DNA of 64,000 nucleotides. It comes from an uncultured delta proteobacterium (GTDB taxonomy: Bacteria; Myxococcota_A; UBA9160; SZUA-336). Below the pieces are notes generated by a model. It saw nothing but the letters and a program-made list of their open reading frames with translations, was not told the origin of the DNA and did not search any database. The translations under genes were made by a program, and so were the position numbers. Location: the NCBI GenBank assembly GCA_963704165.1, contig CAVPHD010000004.1:160001-224000 (forward strand), read 5' to 3'. Below, piece after piece: positions 1 to 10,400 of this stretch (positions within the stretch are counted from its first letter, which is position 1; each line of letters begins with the position of its first letter).

Positions 1-3000
1 GCTTCGTTCCTGTGGACCTTCGCCTCGGTCCCGCCGGGCAGCGCACTCACCAACGCCGAAATCACGGGCGCGACGGCTGCGCTCGCGAGCTTCACGCCCG
101 ATGTCCTCGGCACCTTCACGCTGAACCTCGAAGTCTCGAACGGGATCGACACGGCGAGCGACCAGGTGGATGTACTCGCCATCAACTCCGCGCCCGTGGC
201 GTTCGGCGACAGCTACGAGGTCGACGAGGACGAGACCCTCTCCGTCGCGGCGCCCGGCACGCTCGGAAACGACACCGACGCCGACGGCGACGCGCTCACC
301 GCGATCCTCTCGACCGACGTCAGCAACGGCACGCTGACGCTGAACGCCGACGGCTCGTTCGAGTACGCACCGGCGGGCGACTTCAACGGCGCGGACAGCT
401 TCAGCTACCGCGCCAGCGACGGGGACTTCGACAGCGAAGAGACGACCGTGTCGATCACGGTCAACCCGATCAACGACGCGCCGGCCGCGGCTTCGGACGA
501 CTACACCGCCGACGAGGACGCGACGCTCGACGTGCTCGCGGCGGACGGCGTGCTCGCGAACGACGACGACGTGGACAGCGACGTCCTCACGGTCGCGCTC
601 GTCACCGACGTCGCGAACGGCACACTGACGCTGAACCCCGATGGTTCGTTCAGCTACGTGCCCGACGCGAACTTCAACGGCACGGACGGCTTCAGCTACA
701 CGGCGACGGACGGGGTCGAGACGACGGCAGAGACGGCCGTCTCGATCACCGTGACGCCGGTCGCCGACCCGCCGATCGCGAACGCGGGTCCCGACTTCGG
801 AGTTCGCGTGAGTCGCGTCGCCAATCTCGACGGCAGCGCGAGCTCCGATCCCGACACCGGCGCGCCGCTCGCGTCGTTCCTGTGGACCTTCGCCTCGGTC
901 CCGGCGGGCAGCACGCTCACGAACGCCGACATCACGGGCGCGACGGCCGCGCTCGCGAGCTTCACCCCCGACGTCGTGGGCACCTTCACGCTGAACCTCG
1001 AGATTTCGAACGGGATCGACACGGCGAGCGACCAGGTGGATGTGACCGCCGGGAACTCCGCTCCCGTGTCGCAGGCCGACAGCTACGAGATCGACGAGGA
1101 CGGTTCCCTCTCCGTCCCGGCGCCGGGCACGCTCGGAAACGACTCCGACGCCGAGAGCGACGCGCTCACCGCGATCCTCTCGACGGATGTCGCCAACGGC
1201 ACGCTCACGCTCAACGCCGACGGATCGTTCGTCTACACGCCGACCGCGAACTTCAACGGCAGCGACAGCTTCAGCTACGTCGCGAACGACGGGGATCTGA
1301 GCGGGGCGCCGGCGCTGGTGACGATCACCGTGCGGTCGGTGAACGACCCGCCGACCCCGAACGACGACACCTACTCCGTGGACGAGGACCAGACACTCAC
1401 GGTGGTTGCGGTGCAGGGCGTTCTGGCGAACGACGGGGACAACGACGGCGACGTGCTGAGCGCGACGCTCGTCGGGAACGTCTCGAACGGCAGCCTCGCG
1501 CTCGCCGCGAACGGCTCCTTCGTCTACACGCCAACCGCGAATTTCAACGGCTCCGACAGCTTCAGCTACACGACCAGCGATGGAACCGTTTCCGCCGGGC
1601 CGACGACGGTCACGATCACGGTCGATGCGGTGAACGACGCGCCCGTCGCCGACGCGGGCCCCGATTTCGACGAGGGCGCGGGCCGGACGGTCGCGCTCGA
1701 CGGCACCGGCTCGTCCGACGTCGACGGCGACACGCTGACCTATCAGTGGAGCTTCACGTCGATTCCGACCGGAAGCACCGCGACGATCACGGACCCGACG
1801 CTCGCGAACTCAAGCTTCGTCCCCGACCTCTCCGGGCAGTACGCCGTGCAGCTGATCGTGAACGACGGGACGGTGGACTCCGCGCCCGACACCGCGGTCT
1901 TCGGAATCACCGCCTGCTCCCCGTCGACCGTGCGCTGGGCGCTCGGCGTGAGCGGCCTGTGGACCACGGCGGCGAACTGGAGCACCGGCGCCGTGCCCGG
2001 TCCCACCGACGACGTGTGCCTCGATGTGCCCGGGGACATCACGGTCACGCACACCACGGGAACCACCAGCTCGATCCGCAGTCTGATCAGCAACGAAAAC
2101 GTCGAAATCTCGAGCGGCACGCTCTCGATCGCCCTGCCGTCGGCGATCTTCGGGACGTTCACGCTGTCCGGTGGAACCCTCACGGGCACCGGCGACCTGA
2201 CCGTGCATGGGCCCATGGTGTGGTCGGGTGGAACCCTGTCCGGATTCAGCCGGACGACCGGCCGGGGCGGCATTTCGCTCGAGGGCGGATTGAAGCGGCT
2301 GACCGAGCGCACGCTCGTGAACTCGCTCGGGCGGACGGCGATCTGGTCTGCGGGCCAGATCAGCTCCGGCGACGGCGCCGTGATCGTGAACGACGGCACG
2401 TTCCGGACGACGTTCGACGGATCCGTCTCTCACGGCCTCGGCGGCGTGCGCGCGGTGTTCACGAACAACGGCACGCTCGAGAAGACGGCCGGCGCGGGAA
2501 CGGCACAGCTCACGGTCACGCTCGACAACACCGCGTCGGGAGTCGTCCGGGGAAGCTCCGGCCTGCTCGAGTTCAACGGCGGCGGCGCGAGCGCGGGTCG
2601 AATCGAAGGCGCAGGGACGATCGTCTTCGGCGGTTGGACGACGGCGGTGAGCGGTGTCTACGACGTGTCGGGCGGCACGCGGATCGAGGGATCGTCGACG
2701 GTCGTGAACTTCGACCCGTCGGCGACCGTGACGAACCTGGGAACGCTGACGATCCCATCGGGCACCGCGAACTTCCTCAACGTCGCTCAGGCGAACGCGA
2801 GCGCCCTCGTGCATACGGGCGGAATCCTGACCGGACCGGGCACGCTCCGGGTGACGGGGCTTCTGACCTGGAACGGCGGGACCCAGTCGGGCAGCGGCCA
2901 GACGATCGGCGCGGGCGGCATGACCCTCGCGGGCATCACGAAGTCCCTCTCCGGCCGCACGGTCGTCAACCCGGTCGGTCAGACGGCGACCTGGAGTGAG

Positions 3001-5619
3001 GGCGGGATCAACTCCGGCGACGGCGGCGTGTTCGTGAATGACGGCACGTTCCGGACGACGTTCGACGGAAGCTTCGCTCACAACCTCGGCGGCGTGCGCG
3101 CGGTGTTCCGGAACAACGGCACGCTCGAGAAGACCGTCGCTACGGGAAGGACGCAGCTCTCGTTCACCCTCGACAACGCGGCAACGGGCGTGATCCGAGC
3201 AAGCTCCGGTCTGGTCGAATTCAACACGGGCGGAGCGAGCGTCGGCCGATTCGAAGGCGCGGGGACCATCGTCTTCGGCGGCGGCACGATGAACGTGGAC
3301 GGGACCTACGACGTGGTCGGCAGCACCCTCGTCGAGACCTCGGCCATCGTGAACTTCAACGCGCCGGCGATCGTGACGAACCTGGGAACGCTGACGATCG
3401 CCTCGGGCACGGTGAACTTCCTGAACGTCGCGGAGGCGAACGCGAGCGCCCTCGTGCATACCGGCGGAATCCTGACCGGACCGGGCACGCTCCGGGTGAC
3501 GGGGCTTCTGACCTGGGACGGCGGGACCCAGTCGGGCAGCGGCCAGACGATCGGCGCGGGCGGCATGACCCTCGCGGGCATCACGAAGTCGCTCTCCGGC
3601 CGCACGCTCGTGAACCCGGTCGGACAGACGGCGATCTGGAGCGCGGGCGGGATCAACTCCGGCGACGGCGGCGTGTTCGTGAATGACGGCACGTTCCGGA
3701 CGACGTTCGACGGAGGCTTCAACCACAACCTCGGCGGCGTGCGCGCGGTGTTCCGGAACAATGGCACGCTCGAGAAGACCGTCGCTACGGGAAGGACGCA
3801 GCTCTCGTTCACCCTCGACAATCCCGCTTCCGGCGTGATCCGGGCCGGCTCCGGTGAAGTGGAGTTCAACGGCGGCGGCGCGAGTGACGGAGGGATCGAA
3901 GGCGCGGGGACCATCGTCTTCGGCGGTGCCACGACGAACGTGAACGGAACCTACGACGTGATCGGCGGAACCCTCGTCGAGACCTCGGCCATCGTGAACT
4001 TCAACGCGCCGGCGATCCTGACCAACCTGGGAACGCTGACGATCGTTTCGGGCACGGTGAACTTCAACAACACTGCGCAGGCGATTGCGAGCGCGCTGAT
4101 GCAGACGGGTGGTAGCGTGACCGGCCCGGGCACGCTCCGGGTGACGGGGATGCTGATCTGGAACGGCGGGACCCAATCGGGCAGCGGTCAGACGATCGGC
4201 GCGGGCGGCATGACCCTCGCGGGCATCACGAAGTCCCTCTCCGGCCGCACGGTCGTGAACGCGGTCGGCCAGACAGCGACCTGGAGCGTGGGCGGATTCA
4301 ATACCGGAGGCGGCGGCGTGTTCGTGAACGACGGCACGTTCCTCGCGACCTTCGACAGCACCTTCTTCTTCAACCTCGGCGGCGCGCCCGCCGTGTTCCG
4401 GAACAACGGCACGCTCGAGAAGACCGGCGGCACGGGATCGACGGCGTTCTGGTCCATCCTCGACAACACCGCGACGGGCGTCGTCCGGGCCAGCTCGGGC
4501 GTGCTCGAACTCAACGGCGGCGGTGCCAGCGCGGGCCGCTTCGAAGGCGCGGCGACGCTCGCCTTCGGCGGCCTCACGATGGACGTGACCGGGGTCCACG
4601 ACGTGGCGGGCATCACCCGGGTCGAGGGCGGATCGACGTTCGTGAACTTCAGCCCGCCGGCGACCGTGGCCAATCTCGCGACGCTCGAGATCGTCGCCGG
4701 GACGCTGAACTTCAGCACCGGCACACCGATCGGTGTGGGCACCCTCACGCAGACCGGCGGCACGCTGACCGGGACGGACACGGTCACGGTGGCGGGGAAC
4801 ATCAGCTGGTCGGGCGGAACCCAGTCCGGCTCCGGCCAGACGATCGGCAACGGCGGCATGACGTTCTCGGGCTCCGGGCGGACGATCAGCGGTCGCACGA
4901 TCGTGAACCCCGTCGGTCAGCTTGTGGACTGGACCGCCGGACCGATCGGCTCCGGGGACGGCGGCGCGTTCGTGAACGGCGGCACGTTCCGGATCGGCTT
5001 CGACGGACAGGCCGCCTTCAACCAGGGCGGCGCGCGCACCGCGTTCACGAACACGGGCACGTTCGAGAAGACGTCCGGTACGGGCTCCGCGGGCATCGGA
5101 TTCGTGTTCGGCAACACGGGTCGGGTCCGATCGGCCGCCGGGATCGTGAGCTTCACCGGCGGCTACACGCAGACCGCCGGTACAACCGAGCTCGACGGTG
5201 GAGCGTTCAGTGGCCTGGTAGCCGGGATCCAGGGCGGAAGCCTGATCGGCTCCGGCGCGGTGACGGGCGGGCTCGCCAGCACTGGCAGGATTGCGCCCGC
5301 GTTCAACGGCCCGCTCGCCGTGACGGGAACCTTCGGACAGAGCGGCGCGGGCACACTCGAGATCGAGCTCGCGGGCACGGGCACACCGGGAACCGACTAC
5401 GACCAGCTGACCGTCTCGCAGGCCGCGACGCTCGGCGGCGCGCTGAACGTCAGCCTCGCGAACGGCTTCGTGCCCTCAGAGGGTGACTCGTTCGTGATCC
5501 TGACGTACAGCTCGGCGACCGGCGCGTTTGCGAGTCAGTCACTTCCGCCGCTCGGCGGGGGACTCTCCTGGAACGTCGCGGTCGGCGCGAATGCGCTGAC
5601 GCTGACCGTCGTGCCCTGA
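1..5619 (+). CDS. Giant repetitive surface protein/adhesin, 5'-truncated by the window edge: PKD-like and Big_9/cadherin-like Ig repeats, then Gly/Thr-rich beta-helix-like repeats
   Basis: Frame 1 is open from base 1 (ASFLWTF...) to TGA at 5619. Repeated motifs NDxDxDGDxLT, LTLNADGSFxY, P.A.AGPD. C-terminus YDQLTV...LGGALNVSL...LTLTVVP. Confidence 0.85.
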   Translation, partial: ASFLWTFASVPPGSALTNAEITGATAALASFTPDVLGTFTLNLEVSNGIDTASDQVDVLAINSAPVAFGDSYEVDEDETLSVAAPGTLGNDTDADGDALTAILSTDVSNGTLTLNADGSFEYAPAGDFNGADSFSYRASDGDFDSEETTVSITVNPINDAPAAASDDYTADEDATLDVLAADGVLANDDDVDSDVLTVALVTDVANGTLTLNPDGSFSYVPDANFNGTDGFSYTATDGVETTAETAVSITVTPVADPPIANAGPDFGVRVSRVANLDGSASSDPDTGAPLASFLWTFASVPAGSTLTNADITGATAALASFTPDVVGTFTLNLEISNGIDTASDQVDVTAGNSAPVSQADSYEIDEDGSLSVPAPGTLGNDSDAESDALTAILSTDVANGTLTLNADGSFVYTPTANFNGSDSFSYVANDGDLSGAPALVTITVRSVNDPPTPNDDTYSVDEDQTLTVVAVQGVLANDGDNDGDVLSATLVGNVSNGSLALAANGSFVYTPTANFNGSDSFSYTTSDGTVSAGPTTVTITVDAVNDAPVADAGPDFDEGAGRTVALDGTGSSDVDGDTLTYQWSFTSIPTGSTATITDPTLANSSFVPDLSGQYAVQLIVNDGTVDSAPDTAVFGITACSPSTVRWALGVSGLWTTAANWSTGAVPGPTDDVCLDVPGDITVTHTTGTTSSIRSLISNENVEISSGTLSIALPSAIFGTFTLSGGTLTGTGDLTVHGPMVWSGGTLSGFSRTTGRGGISLEGGLKRLTERTLVNSLGRTAIWSAGQISSGDGAVIVNDGTFRTTFDGSVSHGLGGVRAVFTNNGTLEKTAGAGTAQLTVTLDNTASGVVRGSSGLLEFNGGGASAGRIEGAGTIVFGGWTTAVSGVYDVSGGTRIEGSSTVVNFDPSATVTNLGTLTIPSGTANFLNVAQANASALVHTGGILTGPGTLRVTGLLTWNGGTQSGSGQTIGAGGMTLAGITKSLSGRTVVNPVGQTATWSEGGINSGDGGVFVNDGTFRTTFDGSFAHNLGGVRAVFRNNGTLEKTVATGRTQLSFTLDNAATGVIRASSGLVEFNTGGASVGRFEGAGTIVFGGGTMNVDGTYDVVGSTLVETSAIVNFNAPAIVTNLGTLTIASGTVNFLNVAEANASALVHTGGILTGPGTLRVTGLLTWDGGTQSGSGQTIGAGGMTLAGITKSLSGRTLVNPVGQTAIWSAGGINSGDGGVFVNDGTFRTTFDGGFNHNLGGVRAVFRNNGTLEKTVATGRTQLSFTLDNPASGVIRAGSGEVEFNGGGASDGGIEGAGTIVFGGATTNVNGTYDVIGGTLVETSAIVNFNAPAILTNLGTLTIVSGTVNFNNTAQAIASALMQTGGSVTGPGTLRVTGMLIWNGGTQSGSGQTIGAGGMTLAGITKSLSGRTVVNAVGQTATWSVGGFNTGGGGVFVNDGTFLATFDSTFFFNLGGAPAVFRNNGTLEKTGGTGSTAFWSILDNTATGVVRASSGVLELNGGGASAGRFEGAATLAFGGLTMDVTGVHDVAGITRVEGGSTFVNFSPPATVANLATLEIVAGTLNFSTGTPIGVGTLTQTGGTLTGTDTVTVAGNISWSGGTQSGSGQTIGNGGMTFSGSGRTISGRTIVNPVGQLVDWTAGPIGSGDGGAFVNGGTFRIGFDGQAAFNQGGARTAFTNTGTFEKTSGTGSAGIGFVFGNTGRVRSAAGIVSFTGGYTQTAGTTELDGGAFSGLVAGIQGGSLIGSGAVTGGLASTGRIAPAFNGPLAVTGTFGQSGAGTLEIELAGTGTPGTDYDQLTVSQAATLGGALNVSLANGFVPSEGDSFVILTYSSATGAFASQSLPPLGGGLSWNVAVGANALTLTVVP
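2386..5060 (+). repeat. Intragenic tandem repeat, about 4 units of 645-648 bp (215-216 aa)
   Basis: The VN(D/G)GTF motif starts at 2386, 3034, 3679, 4324 and 4972. The ATG of GGMTLAG is at 2920, 3565 and 4210. Confidence 0.9.
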
Positions 5620-5630
5620 CGGACCTCCGG

Positions 5631-6252
5631 TCAGATCCACCAGCGGCTGTTCAGGAAGTCCATCGTGCCGGCGACCAGCGCGTGCAACGCCACGCCGGGA
5701 AAGATGGAGCCGTCGTCGAGCGCGATCCGGCAGAGCGCGAAGCCCGCGGAAGAAGGACCCCTACGACACCCACTTGACCAGATACAGACCCTCGTAGATC
5801 CAGAAGACGGTGGCGTCCGTCTCGGCGGCCTGTAGCGCCGGATAGCTCCTGCGGAACGCGTCCATCCCGCTCACCCAGGAGAGCAGCGGCAGAGAGAGCA
5901 GATACGCGACCAGGGCGATCGTCCACTCGCGGCGCCTTCCGGCGCGAAGCCCCCAATCACCGAGCTTCTCGCGCAGGACGAGCTTGATCGCCAGCACCGG
6001 CAGCGCCATGAGCAGGAGGCTGCTCGTCAGGTGCACGTAGCCGAACGCGTACAAACCGGCGAGCCCGGAGCTGCCCGCGGAGCCGTGCACCGCGCGCACG
6101 TGATGCCAGACGAGGGTGAGAAGGATCGCCGCCGACACCCCGACGAGAGTTGTCCGAGAGTCGAGGCCGGGATACTGAGCCGCGACCCATCGGAGAGGCG
6201 CGAGCCATCGCGAACCCGGGATCGACCTGAATCGGTGACCCGGAGGAGTCAC
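5631..6252 (-). pseudogene. Decayed CPBP (Abi/CAAX) family intramembrane glutamic protease
   Basis: Hydrophobic ORF. The expected WEFFFRG motif reads *GSFFRG (TAG GGG TCC TTC TTC CGC GGG). It then jumps, in another frame, directly to the C-terminal motif GFALCRIALDDGSIFPGVALHALVAGTMD, so the middle is missing. Confidence 0.7.
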
Positions 6253-6341
6253 ACGATATGTCTCGTCATTTCGGGTTTCTCCGTGATAGCCTCGGCTGGC
6301 AACGCAGGACGGTTTCGGGGTAGATGCGGGGTGGCGCTTTC

Positions 6342-7433
6342 ATGCGGCCGCGAAGAGTTGCACATCTCCTGGTCCTCGTCGGCTCCATTCTGCTCGCACC
6401 CGGTGCGGCGCAGGCGGCGTTCTGGGACTACGCGACGATCGTGGCGCCGACCCAACTGCAGACGCTCGAGTCGCGTCCGGTCGAGATCGTCGTGCAGTTC
6501 AAGCCGGGAGCGCGCCCTGACACGTTCCGGGCCTGGCTGAACGGGCGTCTGATCACGTCGCGATTCGTCGCGACGCCGACGGGAGTGACTGCTTCGGTCG
6601 ACGTCGGGGACGGGCTGCGCGTCGGGCTCGAGACGGATCCCCCGCTCGCGACGCTGAATGTGCTGGCGACGCTGGTGAAGGGACCCGGGAGAAAGCAGGA
6701 CGGCGATCTTCAGGTCTTCTTCGTCCGCGAGCGCAGCGTCAGCGTTCCGCAGCTTGTGGGTCTCTCGACCGAAGCGGCCGGCGCGGCGCTCGCGGCCGCC
6801 GGGCTCACGGCCGGCGCGGTGAGCGACGTCGTGCGGGTGTCGATCCCGACCGGGATCGTGATCGAGCAGAACCCGGTCAGTGGAACCCTCGCACCGCGCG
6901 GTTCCGCGGTTGCGCTCGTGCGGGTCGCGCAGCCACCGCACGACATCGCGATCCCCGACTCGTGGATGGGCTCGTGGAACCTCGAGTTCACCTACCGCGA
7001 CACGGCGACCGGCTTCATCGACAGCGTGATGCCGGTCTCGAATCCGATCTGCTCGGCCGACCCGATCGGCGTCGCGGCGCTCGAGGCGACGGCCGCCGCG
7101 AATCCGGCTGCCGGGCTCACCACCTGCACCGCGACCGCGACCGAGGATCGCATCGACATCTCCTGCACCGGCGAGTTCGAGCAGATCTTCTGCGCGGTTC
7201 CGGTGACCGCGAGGATCTCGCTCGTGCGCTCGGGTGAGTTCATCTCCGGCGACGGAGAGTGGTCCGTCGGCGAGCCCTGCGGCATTCCGCTCCAGAGCCG
7301 AGGCCAGACGATCGAGATCATCGGCATGCGCGCGAGCACGGATCCCGGCGCCGCGTGCGCCGGCCCTCCATCGAGCCTGCTGCAGAAGTTCATCAGAAAC
7401 AGCCTGCTCGTGCTCCTTCGGGGCGAGTTGTGA
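6342..7433 (+). CDS. Secreted PASTA-domain protein with a Cys-rich C-terminal region
   Basis: Signal peptide (LLVLVGSILLAPGAAQA). PASTA-like segment VSVPQLVGLSTEAAGAALAAAGL...VIEQNPVSGTLAPRGSAV. Its stop overlaps the next start (GTGA). Confidence 0.75.
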   Translation: MRPRRVAHLLVLVGSILLAPGAAQAAFWDYATIVAPTQLQTLESRPVEIVVQFKPGARPDTFRAWLNGRLITSRFVATPTGVTASVDVGDGLRVGLETDPPLATLNVLATLVKGPGRKQDGDLQVFFVRERSVSVPQLVGLSTEAAGAALAAAGLTAGAVSDVVRVSIPTGIVIEQNPVSGTLAPRGSAVALVRVAQPPHDIAIPDSWMGSWNLEFTYRDTATGFIDSVMPVSNPICSADPIGVAALEATAAANPAAGLTTCTATATEDRIDISCTGEFEQIFCAVPVTARISLVRSGEFISGDGEWSVGEPCGIPLQSRGQTIEIIGMRASTDPGAACAGPPSSLLQKFIRNSLLVLLRGEL

Positions 7434-10400
7434 GGCCCCGGGTCGAAGTGAGCTTCCTCGGCGGGCGCGCGCGCTTCGCGCTCGGCGTCGTATGTCAGCT
7501 CTCGCTCGTCGCGCTCGCGGCGTACGGGATCTTCGGATGTACGATCGCGGCGCCCACGGACCCGGAGGTCCCGAGCTGTAGCGATGTCCCCGTCACTCTT
7601 TCTCCGGGCGGCTGCACGAACATCGAAGTCGAGCTGAGCCAGGCTTGTCCTACCGTCGCCTGGAGCTATGCGCACGCGCGCTTCCTATTCCTCACGAACG
7701 ATGCTTTCAGGGGTGAGTACTTCGTCGAGGGCGGGGCGCCGTTTGGAAGCCCAGTCGTGGAGACGTCGCTCTGCGCAGGAGAAGGGCTGCTCTCGCCCTT
7801 CAGGATCGTGTCGGCTGAAGTCTGGTACCTGCCCCCAGACTTCTCCCCGCACGACGATTACTCGATCACGCCGGTCAATCTTCATGTAACTCTTGACCCG
7901 ACACGCGCCTGCGCTCGAGATCTGTGCGTCGATGCCAGCATCGATCAGAGCGGCCCCGTGCCGAACCAGGCGCAGCTTTCGATCGTCGTCGATGCAACCG
8001 AGCCGTACGAGGTGGTCTGGACCGCGGATCGCGTACCGAGCGGAATCACTCCGGGCGACGAGACGCTCGAGATCCTCGACGTGACGCTGAGCGGAGAGAC
8101 GACGTACACGGCCACCGTCACGCTTACGAATCTGACTCCGGCCGGCGCGGTCGTCTCCGTGTCCGACAGCGTGACGGCTCTGTTTGCCGGCGGGAACGCG
8201 CCGCCGATCGCCGTGGACGACGCGTACGGCGTCGACGAGGGCGGGAGCTTGTTCGTGCCCGTGCCCGGTGTGCTCGCGAACGACAGCGATCCGGAGTCCG
8301 ACGCGCTGACCGTCGGGGTGAGCGTCCTGCCGACGAACGGAACGCTCACGCTCAACGGCGATGGATCGTTCGTGTACACGCCGACTCCGGGCTTCAACGG
8401 CGAGGACAGCTTCAGCTACATCGCGAACGACGGCACTTCCGACAGCAACGAGGCGACCGTCACGATCACGGTGAATCCGACCGGGAACCAGGCCCCGGTC
8501 GGCGTGCCCGATGCGTACGCCGTAGGCGAGGACGATACGCTCGTGATCGACGCGAGCATGGGCGTGCTCGCGAACGACACCGACGGGAACGGCGATCCGC
8601 TCACCGCCGCGCTCGTGGACGACGTGACGAACGGCGCGCTCGTGCTGAATCCCGACGGGTCGTTCGGGTACGCGCCCGAGCCGGACTGGAACGGCGAGGA
8701 CTCGTTCACCTACACCGCGAGCGACGGGATCGCGACGAGCGCGCCGGTGTCGGTCACGCTCACGGTCACGTCGGTGAACGATCCGCCGGTTGCGAACGCC
8801 GGCTCCGACGTCGCAGTCCGGGTCGGCGCAATCGCGCAGATCGACGGGAGCGGCAGCAGCGATCCCGACGGCGGGCCCGCTCCGCTGAGTCATGCCTGGA
8901 CCTTCATTCTTCCGCTTCCGGCCGGGAGCGCGCTCACGGACGCCGATATCGCGGGCGCGAACTCCGCCGCCGCGAGCTTCACGCCCGACGTCGTCGGTCG
9001 CTTCACGCTGAACCTGTGGATCAGCGACGGCGCGGATTCCGCGAACGATCAGGTCGACGTGCTGGCCGGCAACGCCGCGCCGAATGCGGGGCCGGACGAA
9101 TACGCGCTCGACGAGGACGGAACGCTCGGGGTCGTCGCGCCGGGCGTGCTTGGCAACGACTCCGACGCCGAGGGCGATCCGCTCACGGCGGTACTCGTGA
9201 CCGGTCCGAGCAACGGAACACTCGATCTCCGCGCCGACGGATCCTTCGACTACGCGCCGGCACCCGACTACAACGGCGACGACAGCTTCACCTACCGCGC
9301 CAACGACGGCGATCTGGACAGCGCGGATACGACGGTGACGATCACGGTCAACCCGATCAACGACGCGCCAATCGCAGCCGCCGACGCCTACGTCACCGAC
9401 GAGGATGTCGCGCTCGACGTGCCCGCGGTTGTGGGCGTGCTCGCGAACGACGGCGACGCCGACAGCGACGTCCTCTCGGTGGCGCTCGTCGACGACGTGG
9501 CGAACGGCACGCTGACGCTGAACCCCGACGGCTCGTTCCGCTACGTCCCCGACGCGAACGCGAACGGCGCGGACGGATTCACCTACACCGCGAGCGACGG
9601 CGTCGAGACGACACCCCCGGTCGCCGTCGAGATCACCGTGACGCCGGTCCCCGATCCGCCGCTCGCGAATGCGGGTCCGGACGTTTCCGTGCGCGTGAGC
9701 CGGCTGGCCAGCGTCGATGGCAGTGCGAGCTCCGATCCCGACACCGGCGCGCCGCTCGCGTCGTTCCTCTGGAATTTCGTGCCACCGCTTCCGGCCGGCA
9801 GCGCGCTGACGAATGCGGACATCGCGGGCGCGACGACGGCGCTTGCGAGCTTCACGCCCGACGTCGCAGGCAGCTTCACGCTGAACCTCGAGGTCTCGAA
9901 CGGCGTCGAGACGGCCAGCGATCAGGTGAACGTGCTGGCCGGAAACAGCGCGCCGGTCGCGAACCCGGACGCCTACGCCGTCGACGAGGACAGCCCCCTC
10001 GCGATCGCGGCTCCGGGCACGCTCGCGAACGACACCGACCCAGAGGGAGATCCCCTCACCGCGATCCTCTCGACCGGTGCGAGCAATGGCGCGCTCGCGC
10101 TCGACCCGAACGGATCGTTCCTCTACACGCCGGCCGCGAACTCGAACGGAACCGACAGCTTCACGTACGTCGCGAACGACGGAGATCTGAGCGGCGCACC
10201 GGCGCTCGTGACGATCACCGTCCGGCCGGTGAACGACGCCCCGACATCGAGCGCCGACGCCTATTCCGTCGACGAGGACACGACGCTCACGGTCGTGCCG
10301 GCCCAGGGAGTCCTCTCGAACGACGCCGACATCGACGCCGACGTGCTCAGCGCGACGCTCGTCGCCGGCGTCGCGAACGGAAGCCTCGCGCTCGCCGCAA